A stretch of 13,459 nt of DNA from a virus. The DNA is taken from the UHGV virus genome UHGV-0077154. One strand, 5' to 3'. Positions 13,376 to 13,459 of this stretch are shown here, in pieces. The notes under the pieces are model-generated. The model was not told the DNA's origin and made no database searches. It saw only the letters and a program-made list of their open reading frames with translations. The translations under genes were made by a program, and so were the position numbers. The first letter of the stretch is position 1. Each line of letters opens with the position of its first letter.

Positions 13376-13435
13376 AACGAGAGCTTCCCAAGCTCTATAC
13401 GAGGGTTCGATTCCCTTCGCCCGCTCCAGTCTCCT
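13376..13435. repeat. attR copy of the direct repeat: displaced 3' fragment of tRNA-Gly (13376-13428) plus 7 nt; not a functional tRNA
   Basis: Identical to 2-61. The sequence upstream (..GGGATGGAGT) diverges from the tRNA body (..AATGGTAG), so the acceptor 5' strand and D-arm are missing. Confidence 0.9.
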
Positions 13436-13459
13436 CATAAATTAACAAGTTATAATTTA

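Larger units (their letters stand above)
2..13435. mobile_element. tRNA-Gly-integrated ~13.4 kb integrative element (phage-satellite-like) bounded by attL/attR direct repeats
   Basis: The 60-nt perfect direct repeat 2-61 = 13376-13435 was compared base by base. An integrase abuts the right repeat. The interior holds phage-type capsid, decoration and regulatory genes but no packaging or tail machinery. Confidence 0.85.

Noticed and set aside
13376-13428. Second tRNA-Gly gene
   Set aside because: Only the 3' 53 nt are present and the upstream sequence diverges from the D-arm and acceptor 5' strand. It is the displaced attR fragment, not a functional tRNA.
12807-13445. 212-aa plus-strand ORF, with other plus-strand ORFs at 12360-12975
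   Set aside because: It lies antisense to the well-supported integrase, runs through attR and the tRNA fragment, and has a Cys/Arg-rich implausible composition.

Overview
This window is essentially one complete ~13.4 kb integrative element inserted in the 3' end of an enterobacterial-type tRNA-Gly(CCC) gene (glyU-like). A 60-nt perfect direct repeat of the tRNA 3' portion (2-61 = 13376-13435) marks attL/attR, and a tyrosine integrase (12117-13313, minus strand) abuts attR. Between them, in order: (i) a left-end cargo region with a Zn-ribbon/DUF4145-like protein, a strongly AT-rich two-TM membrane protein, a small secreted protein and ~1 kb with no credible ORF. (ii) A control region with four ~23-24 bp iterons, phased heptamer repeats, a GC-rich dyad holding a lambda-cos-like GGGCGGCG core, and three tandem TTGACA promoter-like boxes. 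(iii) A tightly overlapping rightward operon: 142-aa protein, RHH regulator, winged-helix protein, double-HTH protein, 126-aa protein and a 715-aa coiled-coil/tape-measure-like protein. (iv) A ~600 nt structured non-coding leader with its own promoter and two intrinsic terminators, followed by lambda gpD-like decoration and gpE-like major capsid genes and a small HTH protein. (v) An AT-rich, translationally coupled two-gene cassette next to int. No terminase, portal, protease, tail tube/fibre, lysis or primase/helicase gene is recognisable. The best reading is a helper-dependent phage satellite that supplies its own capsid shell proteins. Its gene set does not match the P4-like, PICI, cf-PICI or PLE layouts I know, so it may be an undescribed satellite family with candidate defence/interference cargo at both ends. 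All calls come from reading the DNA and translated ORFs by eye; no searches were run.
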